Assembly (NCBI RefSeq): GCF_009914755.1
Contig: NC_060947.1
DNA length: 64,000 nt
Reading direction: 5' to 3' (one strand)
Origin: the human T2T-CHM13v2.0 reference genome, Homo sapiens
Shown: piece by piece, positions 38,290-51,365 of the stretch
How the letters are laid out: every line of letters begins with the position of its first letter
Numbering within the stretch: position 1 is the first letter of the stretch
Translations under genes and position numbers: made by a program
Notes under the pieces: model-generated
Told to the model about the DNA's origin: nothing
The model's database searches: none
What the model saw: only the letters and a program-made list of their open reading frames with translations

Positions 38290-39026
38290 CACTTGCCAAT
38301 ACCTACACATATCCATTAGACAATAAATCCTGTGGCATGTACTTCCTAAATATCTTCTTTCAAATTCATCCATCTGCTCCAGCCTCACAATCACTACCTT
38401 CCTCCAGGCCTTGACCATTTTATAGCTAGATTATTGAAATATCTCTAGTTCTCCTTGTCTTTTCTTTCATTCTCCTCACTTTAGCCAAACTTATCTTTGA
38501 AAGCTACAAGTTTGTTCATGTCACTTCCCTTTCAATGACCCTTCTTTAGGATAAAATTCAAACGCCTTATTCTGGAGTAAAAGGTCCCACAGAATCTGGC
38601 TACTACTTCCCTTTTCAACTTCAGCTTTTGCCACCCCTCTTTTTACACCCATATGTCATTCTAATGCTGTCTCCATGACTTGGGTGCCATCATTGCTTGT
38701 CTCGTGTACTCTTTACCTTTTCTAACAAAGCTCCTGCTATTCATCTCTTGGACCCATCTTCTTTGCTAGGATGCTTTCCCATGAACCCTTTCATGCCAAG
38801 TTGGTTTAATGGCTTCTCTGTGATCCTTTAGCTACTCTTCTTCACTTTTCTAGCACTAAATACACTGACGAGTACTTATTGACATGTCTCTCAATACCTC
38901 ACCACTATCCCTTTTAAGGTGAAAAACTGTCTTTGTCCTTTTATCCCCAGAACTTAGCACAGAATCTGTCATAGAGTAACATGCTCAAGAAATGTTTTCT
39001 AAATGAGTGACTCAATGAATGAATCA
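38290..39026 (+). mobile_element. L2 3' region
   Basis: 'taggataaaattcaaacgcctt', 'ttatccccagaacttagcacag...gctcaagaaatgttttctaaatgagtgactcaatgaatgaat'. Confidence 0.7.
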
Positions 39027-39599
39027 ACTATAGATGGAGGAAGCATTTAAATTCACTTACCTATGTAAAGCCAATATAAGAACTCTGACCTCTCATGAGA
39101 TAGCATATAACTTATGAAGCCAGTTTTTTTCTATTTTCTATCCCTCTAGGTAGTGCTGTACCAAAACCATGCTGGAATTATTAAGAATAGAAACAGATGA
39201 GCTGGCCTTTTGAATCACAGGCCCTCCCCATTCCCTAAAGCTGTAGTTACGGAACAATAGAGCTGGCCTGAATTAACTGGGGGGGAGGAGCGAGACAAAG
39301 TCTGCCCCCAGGAGACACCAAGTTCTTCTACACCATCCATCGACCTTGAGCACAGATGGGATGGAGTCCAGGCCTAAAAATACATCAGCCCTAGGTGACA
39401 TCAGTGCTGTGTTCTTTTGTGGCTAACTCGCCCCAGATGGAGGAGAGATCATTTGATGAACAGTCTTTGAAACAGGCAGATGAACTTATGTCACATTAAG
39501 AGTGACTATAGGGGGTAAAAGGCCACTGTGGATTTCCTAGTCAATAAAAATGATCTCTGATAGAAATTTCAATAAGTATCTAGCAGAAACATCCTTGTC

Positions 39600-40366
39600 A
39601 CTGTCACCATGAATTTAAATTTATTGAGTGCCCCACAAATGCTAGTCTATTCTCAGTACATTTGATGAACACCATTTCTTTATCTCTAAAGGATGAGAGA
39701 ATATTTGCTACTATATATTTTTTTTGCTCATCACCCAGCCAGAATACAAATGGAACTCCTATGAATATTCTAAAGCATAATGAGGAAGGGGCTCCAGGCT
39801 AAATGCAAGTATCCTTGATTAATGTTTTCCCCACCACTGGGAATCACCCTCCCCCGCTCCCCTGAAGCTTCCCCACAAGGTGCGGGGGGAAGCAGGAGAA
39901 AAAAAGGAAGAGCCAAGGTATACTCCTGATAACGACACAAAAATTGAGCAGTAGTACTCCAGAGATGTTTGGGGGTGACAATAAATACTTGGGAATGAAC
40001 TGATGAACTGTGTGAATGGAGTGGTAGGAACCAGCTCTGCCCATCTCGTGCTCCCTCCCTGCACAACTATTCTTACCCAGCCTTAGCTTTGGATCCTATT
40101 TTGCATAAAGGGGTACTTTGGGTCTTCGGGTTAGCACGACTTGCCAGTTGGGTAAATGTCTGAGAATGTTTCCTCTGATGAATTTTATAAACAGCCAGTG
40201 ACCTACTGGCTTAAAGATAAGTGAAAATGAACGACAATTAGTTTAAAAAGCATGCAAACACTAGGCTATGCTAATGACAGTCAGATGACAAATGGCCTAA
40301 TCCTTAGTACCTCTTTTCAGGGCTCCCTCCTCCCCTTTCCCACCCTCTCCAATCTTCTTTCAAAGC
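39600..40366 (-). other. LHFPL1: LHFPL1 3' UTR (terminal exon, non-coding part)
   Basis: Largely repeat-free sequence between the TGA (40369-40367) and the AATAAA. Confidence 0.75.
39620..39625 (-). terminator. Polyadenylation signal AATAAA of LHFPL1 (cleavage ~39600)
   Basis: Plus-strand tttatt = minus-strand AATAAA, ~740 nt past the stop codon; the first canonical hexamer I found on that strand after the stop. Confidence 0.7.
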
Positions 40367-41080
<714 letters not shown>

Positions 41081-44000
41081 TAGAATACTGTACATGGGCT
41101 GCCTGCATCATCAGGGGATTAGACAGGTAAAATAAAATCAACTCCCTCTTACATCATGTCTCTATCCTAACCTAGCCTTTCAACACCCAGGAAAGCAATA
41201 TGCATTGGAATCAAAGCCAAGCTTTGAAGTGGGTAGTTTTCTCTTTAAAAGGTAATGGGAAAGGTCACCTGCTCAAAAACATCCACCCCGCCACCTGCTA
41301 TTCCATCAGAGACAGGTTCCTTTGTCTGAAAGATTTGTGACTTTTCAGCCATCCTTCAGAAAATGTCAATGCCTAGAAAAATAAGAGCTATTACTTTACA
41401 AGGTATCAAAGTGGCTAACTGCTAAAATAAAGTGCTTAAGCAAACAGGACTCCAGAAATTATGGTAGGGTCCCAGTGATACAAAATTGCAGAGAGTCCCT
41501 GAGAAGAGAGATAGGCAGCAACTTTCACCTATCTCTCTCTATCTAAATCTTGAAGAAAGTTAATCCTGACTACAGTCAGTGGAGGATGTCAAGATTGATC
41601 TGTATGACAATTTATTTTTTAAAGGCTAAATTCAAATAACTAATTATTTATTTTCACATACTACCTGGTGAACCTTAATTTTACTGCTTTTAGTTGATTA
41701 GTTGGTGTCTCCTAGAAAGAGTCTAAGATGGGCCCAAGCTTGGCTGCTTCGCTTTCCCATTCAGGCCAGCCTAATTTATCCCCACATTTCCCATCTCAGA
41801 AATAAAATAGTCTACCACCAAGTCATGTCTCATGCTGTTTCTCCTGCCAGAAACATCTTCTCTCCTCTTATTCACCAATTTATAGCTTCCTCAGAACACT
41901 ATCCAGAACTTGGCACCTGCTTGAAGCCCTCCCTTGATTCACTCCGCTGGGCTCATGTCACCTCAACCAGGTAGCCCTCCCGGAATGTATCCGTATACTC
42001 CATTGACAGATGTACCTGCTGGACAAAATATTGGGAGAAAGATTTACATTTCACATTTTTTTATCTGCCCTTTCCTCTCTTCCAGATTGCTGGCTCAATA
42101 GTACAGATGCATTTGTTTCTTTTCGTGATTATGCTTTCATGTGCTCTATCCACTGTGGGTACCATTTCAGTATGTGTGATTTAGCCTAACAGTACTTCAA
42201 AGCTGAGGACATTGGCATTTTCAACCCTTAACACCTAAAACTATGGCTTAAATTTTGAATTAAAGTTGAAAAACCAGCGAATATAGTATTTTATTTCTTT
42301 CTGGAATGTGCCCTGATCCCTTGTACTTTAAGGCTTATGCACATTCTGTTTCCTTTGCCTAAAACATTCACTGCATGTGCACGTGTACGCATATACTTTC
42401 CACTACTTTCTTTACTTAGTCAATATTTAATAATTCCTCAGAACTAAACATAATCATTAATTCTTCAGTGAAGTTTTCTCTGACCTTCCTAAGTCAACTT
42501 CCCTCATCAGAGGCTCTCACAATACCATGTATCCTTCCTTTCTACTTGAATGGGTGAATGGATCCCTTATCCCCTCTTATGACCAGTGTCAAGTGTTACA
42601 GTCCTTCAGAGGAAATAGTACTTTACCAATAGACCTGGGCAGTCTAAAGTTCCTGAACTCCTGTGGTCCCACCCAAAATCATGGTGAAAGCCCAATTACA
42701 GCAGCTATGAAAATAGTGCCTCTGAAGGCTCAGAAAGAGCAAATTTGAAAGAGAAGCCTCCTTTGAGAAAGGAGCTCAACTATCTCCAAAGTAGTTTAAA
42801 CGTGAACAACAATGGTGGACTCTCAAGACAGTAAACTGAAGAATACCATATAGAGACAAGCAGCCTGTAGAGCTGTATCCCCTCCTTGTTGCTCCTCCCC
42901 CTGGACACACACACACAAACACACACACTCCCTGGTTCACATACACAAAGTAGGAAGGTTTGAAAAATGTTTTGGAATTCACAGAGTGAAAACTCCAGAG
43001 ACTGGAAAACCTTCAACTTCTGCCATCAGTGGGAAGAAGACTGCAGACTTTATTGCACCTACTTCACAAACCATAATATGAGGCTCCGGTGATAGCCCTG
43101 GGAACTCTCTCAGAAGCAGAGAGGTAGAGGCAGAAATCCAGACCAAGTGTCTTTACTCCCAATTCAGTGCTCTGCCCTCTGCAGTTTTGTTTTCATCACA
43201 CCCAAAAGCATTTTTCTCTTACAGGGCCCTTGACCTGTAAGCCCTAAGGAGGGGGGGCTCCTAAGTCAAGTTGTAGTAGACTCACCTGAGCTTCTCTTCT
43301 AACCCCCTTCAACAAAAATCTCCTGTAGTCACCTGGCAGAGCAGACAGGAGCCAGCTCTGAGGTGGGCCCATTGCCAAGCAACTTCATCCTCCCCAGCTT
43401 ATTCCAAATCTAGTCTAGACAAGGCATCAGAACTCTCATTCTGTTTCTTCAGCTGCTTGTCAGGTCATCCCCTCATTTGAGTAGCAAGGATATTTCTATT
43501 AGGTACATGCCCCATGGGATCAGGGAAAGACTCATTTCTCTGAATGAAGAGAATAAATGCATAGCATGCCATTAGCCCAAAGCCCTAGGCAGGAAGAAAA
43601 CTGACAGAGTGGTCAGCTCCAGAGTGAAGAGCTGGCTAGAAAGGCCCCAATAAACCTCACTGAAGTCAGAACCAGGTATCACTGAGCTAGGAGCCAACAC
43701 TAAAGTGCTCCTATTGCCACCCCAAGTGCCTTGTGAATTCCCTCTCACAGAAATTTCTGTTAGACCTCTGAAGGCATCTAAGCCCCAGACTGCTGTCATA
43801 AAGGAAACTAAGGAGAAAGAGGGGAAATGTATCTTCCATCCACATCCCTCCCCACAACTCTACCTGTTATCTACCGGAGGAAAAAAAGAGATTATATCAT
43901 TGGCACTGTAAAAGAAAAAGAAAAAGCAGACCTTTTAAGAACTACCTTACCATTTGGAAAGCCACTGTCAGCACTCAGTTACTTCACAGAAAACTTGCAT

Positions 44001-44169
44001 GCTGATCTGATGGCCCACTGAGGAAATCGTCTATGGAAGGGTGCAAAAGTAGGGAGCAGGTGGCAATGAGTTGCCATATTTTGCCTCTTGTTGCCTTTTA
44101 GTGAAGTCCTATGGACCATCATCCATTCCCAAATCCCATTATTTAAACTACTATTGATCCTTATTTTCA

Positions 44170-44380
44170 TCTGACAAACATGTATTGAGTACCGACTATA
44201 TGCTAGGCATTTTTAATACACAATCTCATTTAATTCTCATAACAGCCATGATTATTTCCATTTACTGCTCAGGGAACTGAGTTTCAGAAAGGTAAATGAC
44301 TTGGCCCACTTATAAGTGTCAGAATTGCAATTTGACTGCCAGACCTAACTCAAAGTTCATGATTATCCATTTCAACCATG
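44170..44380 (-). mobile_element. MIR
   Basis: 'tattgagtaccgactatatgctaggc...ctcatttaattctcataacagcc...aactgagtttcagaaaggtaaatgacttggcc'. Confidence 0.75.
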
Positions 44381-44931
44381 CTAGGAGAATGAAACCAAGA
44401 ACACAAATTACTACAGTCCAAGTCTTGCGAGAATATACAATGCCTTCGGCCAATTACTTCACCTTTCTGGACCTCAGTTTCCTTTACTTTCAGTGGAAGG
44501 ATTTACTGAAGAGAATCCTAAAAGCCCCTTCCAGATCATATTTTCTATTGTAGTATGAATATGATAAGTGCTTTAAGAGATATATTTGTAAAATACTATA
44601 GGAATATCCAGGGAAGGAGGAATTATTTGCAGCTGGGAAAATTTGAGCTCAGGTAAGCCTTTGTAGATGCTACATTTCATCTTGGCTTTAGTAGTAGGAA
44701 GTGGGCATTCTAGGCAGAGGGAGTGGTTGGCGTGAGCAAAGTTATGTGAGTGAGAAAGCACATGACATGTTTCAGAGAAAGCATAACATTCAGAGCTGTT
44801 TCCAAAAAGGAGCTATAGTTGACAAAATAATAAACTGAATCTACACCAGGAGAGGCCATGAAATCTGTCATCTTTCCTACAAGCAGTGTGAAACAATGGA
44901 AAGTTTCTGAGCAGGGAACGATACGCTAGAG

Positions 44932-45164
44932 CAAGGTTTCTCGACCTTGGCGCTATTGACATTTTGGGTTGGACATTTACTTGGTGTGGGGGCAGGGGCA
45001 GGGGGCGGTTTTCCTGTACACTGTAACACCCTGGCTTCTACCCACTATATGTCTATAGCAACTTATTCTTCCTCCCCACCAAGTTGTGAAAACCAAAAAT
45101 GTCACCAGACATTGCCAGATGTCCCCCGGTATGAGGGGAGGTTGCTTTCTATTGAGAACCACTA
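44932..45164 (-). mobile_element. MER20 (hAT-Charlie), inserted in L2
   Basis: 'ctattgacattttggg...ccaaaaatgtcaccagacattgccagatgtcccc...ttgagaaccact'; degenerate 8-bp TSD cgctagag/agttagag. Confidence 0.85.
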
Positions 45165-45269
45165 AGTTAGAGGTATTGCCTGGAAATATTAACCTGAAAG
45201 GTCTGTGTCAAATAGATTGGAGGCAAATGGAGGATATAGACAGAGAGAGTTACCAGAGGTCACGGACAC

Positions 45270-45362
45270 TGCTACACATCCAACAATACATAAAAGAGTT
45301 CTCCACAACAAAAAATGATCTGGCCAAAAAGTGTCGATATTGTCTACGTTGAGCAATCCTCA
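45270..45362 (+). mobile_element. MER20 3' half, opposite orientation to the neighbouring copy
   Basis: 'tgctacacatccaacaatacat...ccacaacaaaaaatgatctggccaaaaagtgtc...gttgag'. Confidence 0.6.
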
Positions 45363-47479
45363 TGTAGACAAACACCAGATATTTATACTTTAAATTCTAT
45401 TCAAAATAAATCTTGATGACTAAAAGATTAGCCCAACAGAATGGAATTTCCTCCCTTAAGAACGGCCATGCATGGTTCCTTCTTGACCTGGGAAGCAGAC
45501 TGGGACTGAGGCATGGTCAGTCTTGAGCATTCTAGTATGTTACCCCATGGAAGGCAAGGGAAGCTCAAGGGGAGAGATCTCACAAGGTATTGAGGAGGAA
45601 GCACTGATTCCCTGGGAGTAAGGAGACAGGATAAATATTTGAATAAATGTTTTAACTCCACCAGGTCTCAGCTCTTTAACCCTTAAAATGTGGAAAAATA
45701 ATTAAGTACCTGGCTAAAGACGTCACATTAAGACCAGATGCGTCCTTAAAGTCCCTTGAGAAACACCAAACTAACTGCTTCCTTGCCTTCAGATTAAATG
45801 CACTGACTCTACTTCCACGCTAGAATTGTTTAAAAGTCTGTGTCCTTAGAAGATACTGCAGGGAGATGACATCACACCTAGAAATTTTCTCTATATCCAT
45901 GCATGGGTGTCTGTGAAGAGAAGGATCGGTGGCAGGATAGGGGGAGAAAAGAGGTTCTAACTGCAAATGAGCTTTATGCAAAGCTTCTGGATGAGCCCTG
46001 AGATAAGCCTATTCCTTTTTGTGCTCTTCTGTATCATTTCTAACACTCTATCTGTGAGTCACTGAATTCCAGTGTTGAATTTGCTGTGACAGAATCTCTC
46101 ATACAAGTTATTAAATCATCACTCAGCAGTGGGCCTGACATTTAAATCAAGACACGTTGCTTTTATTCCAAGTTGCACATCAAATTGGATTGGAATTTGA
46201 CTCTGTTTCCTTTGATTCAGCACGATGTTATGTTTTACAGCTCACTGTTTAGAGATAAATTGTCACTGGCGGCCACTTAAACTGACCACCCTCCCTAGAG
46301 CCGCAGTCCTATGCCCTTCAGGGTTGTGGTGTCTGGCTAGCTGTCAATGGGTCATGATGAGCTATGGGGAGTTAGCCCCAAACCAATGCTTGTGGTGGGA
46401 TCTAGCATTGCTGTGGGCATCAAAATTATGGACCGGAGTGAGTCAGAATCTGATAGAGTGGCTCCCCCATTCAGGGAGCATGTGCAGAATGCCAGCTTAG
46501 AAGCCAAGAATGCTGGAGAGTGAATCCAAAAAAGGAGTTCTCTTTGGAGGAAGAAGGAAACAATGTTGAAAAGAAAGGGCATAAAAAGAGAATGAGGTAA
46601 GTCTGTCTTTTGAGTGAGTTGAGTCTTCTCTTTCAGAGAATCATCTGATGAAATTCCAGGCTCCTGAAAGGTTGGAGGAAGAGTCAGGGAAGCAGGGATA
46701 TAGCAAGCCCATAATGACAACTAACACCTCCAAAACTGAATAGGGCTAGATGAAATGTAATGGAACCTTCAGATATATGAAGATTTAATTTCGCACAAGT
46801 GTTGCCAACAGTCATGTTCTGAGAGCTGCTACTGTAGAAGGAAAAAACAAGCATGCTAGGACCCCGGATTATGGTAAGAAGTGTTGGATATTGGTGTGGC
46901 AGGGGAGAGGCTCATGAAGATGGGGTAAGAATTGTGAAGTGGTTTGGAGTTTCAGGGTCAGGCAAGAAGGGAAAAATCCATTTGGACAATGTGAATAGTT
47001 CAAGGGTGTAGATTGTATTCCACCAGAAAGATAAGATCCAAATTCTAGGAATTATTGGAATTAGAAGACTGGAGGGTGTTTCAGGTAAGGGGCAAAGAGA
47101 ACAATATTAGCATTTGTTTTTTCGTCTAATATACTCCAATAATCAGGAAGTTTAAGAGACACTGCCCTGGCCTTAGATAGGCAAAAGAAGGGAAGGAATG
47201 ACACCAAGGATAGAGAAGAACCTAAAATGGGAACCTGCATATCATCCTCAACTTCACCACCCAGTGTAGAGGAGCAGGACAGATATACAGAGAAATCTGC
47301 CTGGGAGTGACCTGGGGGCCTTGATGGCTTTCACAGGCTTCCACATATCAAGCCAGGTAGCCTATAGTGGCCCTGAGGACAAAAACCTCAGCTACAGAGA
47401 AGCACCTAGGAATCCTTTGGAATTTGATAGAGTAGGGTGTGAGGGGAAGGAATAGAGAGAAATCAAAGAAGAGAAAGGG

Positions 47480-47575
47480 ACTAAAGGAGAATCAATGGGG
47501 TGGGTGGAAGATTAGAACAATAGAGATACTAAAGGAGAGTTGATGGGGTGGGTGGAAGATTAGAACACTAGACAT
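47480..47575. repeat. Tandem duplication, 2 x 48 bp
   Basis: actaaaggaga(atca/gttg)atggggtgggtggaagattagaaca(a/c)taga(g/c)at, twice. Confidence 0.9.
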
Positions 47576-47659
47576 AGAGATCATGGCACATGGAGACTGA
47601 TGGCTGGGGAGGGTTAAGCTTTTACAGACCTCTTCCTATTGAGGGTATTATTTTTTTCT

Positions 47660-47726
47660 GAAAATAATAAAACAAGTTCAGGAAATAATAAACAAGTTCA
47701 GGAAATAATAAACACAGTTCAGGAAA
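47660..47726. repeat. Minisatellite, 3 x 20-21 bp
   Basis: Unit ggaaataataaacaagttca. Confidence 0.9.
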
Positions 47727-49759
47727 GCCAGCTGTTCTTCTCATCATTGTGGCACCATCTAAAGTCATGAAACCAGGTAACAACCCATCTCCCAAACTAC
47801 CGTTTGGTACACATGGTAGGGTAAGGGAGGGGTGGTTGCTATTTGCTGACTCAATGCATTTTTGCCATGAAGACCTGAATTTTATGTTAGCAAGAAAAGT
47901 AGGGGTTTGGAAGGAGCTGGTGGTCCCATCTATTCAGAGACATACTGCTGACTTTAGGGTCTTTATAGGTAGCAACATAAAAACATTTTTAATGCAGCCA
48001 AGCTAAATGAACAGAGAACTTTCTCTGCTAGGTTCAGCAAACACAGATGAATAATCCACAAAGATAAAGCAAAGCCAACGAATTCAAGAGCAATTGCCAA
48101 ACACCCTACCACCCCCACCCCGGCCCCCAGTAAAAAGACAGCCAAAGCTATGAGAACATCTCTCTTCTCACTCTCCAAGCTGGGCGTGAGTGTCAACAGC
48201 AGCCCAGATTGGAGGCCCAGAACCTACTGAAGATTCCAGAAGCCTGCCAGGCTCCTTTGCCAGAGAAGAAGAATAAAAAACAACCCACTGAAAACTTCAG
48301 TTGTTCAGGTAAATATGTTATTGTGAGTAGCCACTGACTTTTTGGTCCAGTCAGGTCTGCTGGAGGGGTAGGACATTCTGGGTTTTCAACTTCATCACGG
48401 TTCAACCCAATGTTCCAAAGGGTAAGGGAAGACCAGGACACTTGCTAGAAAGTCCATGGGAGTACTCAAAGAAGAGCCAAGTCCTCATGACGACAGAAAT
48501 GCCCTGATTTGGCTGATTTTTCTTTTCTCTCTCACACACTTCTGCCGAACAAATTGAGTCCTTCGATTAAAATCTTCCTCGCCACTATTGAGCATTAGCT
48601 TCCGACCTTTCCTCATGTTTTGCCAACCTGTATTGCTTATTTATATCACTTTTCATATAGCTATCCTGAGTTTTAGCTACTCTGCTCATCTTCCATGTCT
48701 CAGGCCAAGTTAAATTGTGCTTCTAGGTCTTTCTCCAGATTTACCTTTAGCTGCCTCTGAAAAACACTTCTGGGTCACCCCGTGTTGCCTTTTATACAGC
48801 CTGTCAGCTACACCTGGAGCAGATTCTCAGAAGAGCTTTGGGCGCTCTCCTCAAGGAGACGGGTTAAAACCCATCTGACCAAATATTGGATGTATTCGAT
48901 TCAGCGCTAGCTCTTGAGGACACTTAGCCTCTAGGAAATTGGTTCCTCTCCCCTAACATCTGCTCAGTAGTCCTCTGCTTGCTTCCACTTGAACTTTCTC
49001 AGCTAAATAAGTCAGTTACTGGAATAGTAATAGCTAATATTGGTTAAATGTTTCTATATGCCAGTCACTATAGTAAGCTCTGTAAACATATTGTTTTCTC
49101 ATAGGTAAGATCAACAAACTAGATGAGTGAAAGGGAGCCAGAAGCAGAAACGGGACAAGGAAATAGACTATTAGTGTGACAAGCGCTCCGATATGGACTG
49201 CCACAAGGATATAGGTGAGAGATATCAAATCCAGTTGAAAGGAGCTGGGGAGTTTTCAGGGAAAAATAAGAAGTTAGCTAGGTAAGGAAGGGAAGAAGGG
49301 CATTCCCAGCAAAGGGAGTAACACATGCAAAGTTGCAAAGGGGTGGAGGAACATGGTATTTTCGAGGTGGCTGGGCAAGAGAAGAAGACAGGGTGGTGAT
49401 GGAAGTGATAGCCAGAGTCCCTGTAGGCCTTGCTAAAGAATCTGGACTTTATCCTGAAGGCAATGGGGAACCACTGCTAAAGAAGGATAATGACATCAGA
49501 TTTGCATTTTAGAAACATCAGTTTGTCCACAGGATGGGAGATAGATAAAGGCGTTGATGTGCAGTACCTTTGTGGAACAGGGAGAGAGAGAGTCAGGGGC
49601 TATTTTCAGTAACCTAGATGAGAACTTACATAAAGAGAAGGAAGATAGATTCTAGAGTTCTCATTGTGTGTCTTAGCGTAACAACAGTAATTTACTCCTT
49701 CTGACGACACTACACATTTGTGATTGACATCATTATGGCTGCTTTTGTTAGATTCCATC

Positions 49760-49786
49760 TGTGTGTGTGTGTGTGTGTGTGTGTGT
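49760..49786. repeat. (TG)n microsatellite
   Basis: About 13 TG units. Confidence 0.95.
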
Positions 49787-50169
49787 ATGGATCATGTCTC
49801 CTCAAATTAACTACAGGCTTGTTGAAGACTATATCCTTAAATTCTTTGTAGTTTTTACAATGCCTTATTCAGCATCTTGAATACAGTGAATGTTCAGAAT
49901 ATGCTTTTTGAGTGACTGTTATTAATTTTTGACATAATCCTTGAACATTCAAGAATGCTAGAAAGCCAGACCCAGTGAGCTGATTTACCTCAGGACTCAG
50001 AAGTGCATGTTCCCTCATTCTAGCCATTAAATTAGCCCCATACCAGCAATGCCAGCTTTGAACATTAGCTATTTCCATCCATGCTTTATCAGCCAACGGA
50101 TATACACCACAGAGACTTTTCCAGGTCCAAGGTTCCTGGGTAATGACAAATGCCACAAATAATACCACC

Positions 50170-51030
50170 CAATATGAGTTTAGTACTTTATCATTTTTAA
50201 GGTATTTTGTGATCCATTATCTCATTTATTTATTTTTCATTTGTTTTATTCATTCGTCAAGTCCCAGCCAGAGGCAGGAATTATTATAGAGGAAAGAATC
50301 GAACAGCCAGATAAAGTGTCTGACCAAGGTCCCCACTTAGAGAAAATAGAGACTGAGCCCAGGTCTGTGTGTGCTCAGGAAGTCAGTGTGGTACAGGGAG
50401 AAGAGTCTGGGATGAGAGTTACAGGGAACTGTGCTAGAAATCACGTCCTTTCACAAAATGAACCTGTGAGGCAAGCCATTTCTCCTTTCTGTGTTTCAGC
50501 TTCTCCGTGAGTAAAATGGAAGTGATACCACCTATCTCACAGAGCAGCTCTGAAGGCCAAAAAGATGACACATACAAAGCACTTAGCACCATGCCTAGAA
50601 TAATTAATACTTCTCAGATCCTCTTTATCTCAGCTCAACACACTCCCAACTGGTCCAACAAGTTCCCAAAAGTGTCTGAGAGAGCTGTAAAATACAGATT
50701 CCTAGGCTCCACTCCAGATCTACAAAATTAGTATGTCTGGGGAGAAGGCCCAGATGATTCTGATACACATTTCCATGGGGAACCACTGGATAGGACCATA
50801 TCATTAGCCCACATCAGTCTAACTTTCAGAGGAAAAGCAAGAGGAATCCACATTTTTTGGAAACCTACACTGTGCTTGATGCAGTGCTAGCAGCTTTCAC
50901 TTGAAAGATACATTTGTCTCTTTCTCATAATTTCTCACAGTTCACCAGGGTGAGGCTAGGTGACAATGATTTGAAAAAGTTATATGACACAGAACACAGA
51001 TATAACATATATTTTCATCCCTGTAACTCT
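50170..51030. mobile_element. MIR fragments in both orientations plus MER5A (~50660-50790)
   Basis: 'gtttcagcttctccgtgagtaaaatggaagtgataccacctatctcacagag', 'aaaatacagattcctaggctccactccagatctac'. Confidence 0.65.
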
Positions 51031-51175
51031 AGCCTCGCCAGGGAATTGCTCCTGGGATTACAGTTGACCCTAGTTTTCCTCCTGGTTCCTGCGTTTGAAA
51101 CCCATTTCACTTTATTAAAAAACCTTCTATATTGTCCAACCTATACTAATAACAATAGTAATACTATCAGTTAAT

Positions 51176-51320
51176 GTCAGGCCAAGCAGCTCATGCCTGT
51201 AATCCCAGCACTTTAAGAGGCCGAGCTGGGCAGCTTAGATGAGTCCAGCAATTTGAGACCAGCCTGGGCAACATGGTGAAGCCCCGTCTCAACAAAAAAT
51301 ATTAAAAAAAATAAATAAAA
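51176..51320 (+). mobile_element. Alu left monomer (FLAM/AluJ-like)
   Basis: 'gctcatgcctgtaatcccagcacttt...tttgagaccagcctgggcaacatggtgaagccccgtctc' followed by an A-rich tail. Confidence 0.88.
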
Positions 51321-51365
51321 ATTTATATTTTTTGTTGAGACGGGGCTTCACCATGTTGCCCAGGC
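51262..51365. repeat. Perfect 41-bp inverted repeat with a 22-nt spacer
   Basis: 51262-51302 is the exact reverse complement of 51325-51365. Confidence 0.95.

Noticed and set aside
47660-47726. Short direct repeats as a possible CRISPR-like array
   Set aside because: Head-to-tail units with no unique spacers, in a mammalian genome; an ordinary minisatellite.
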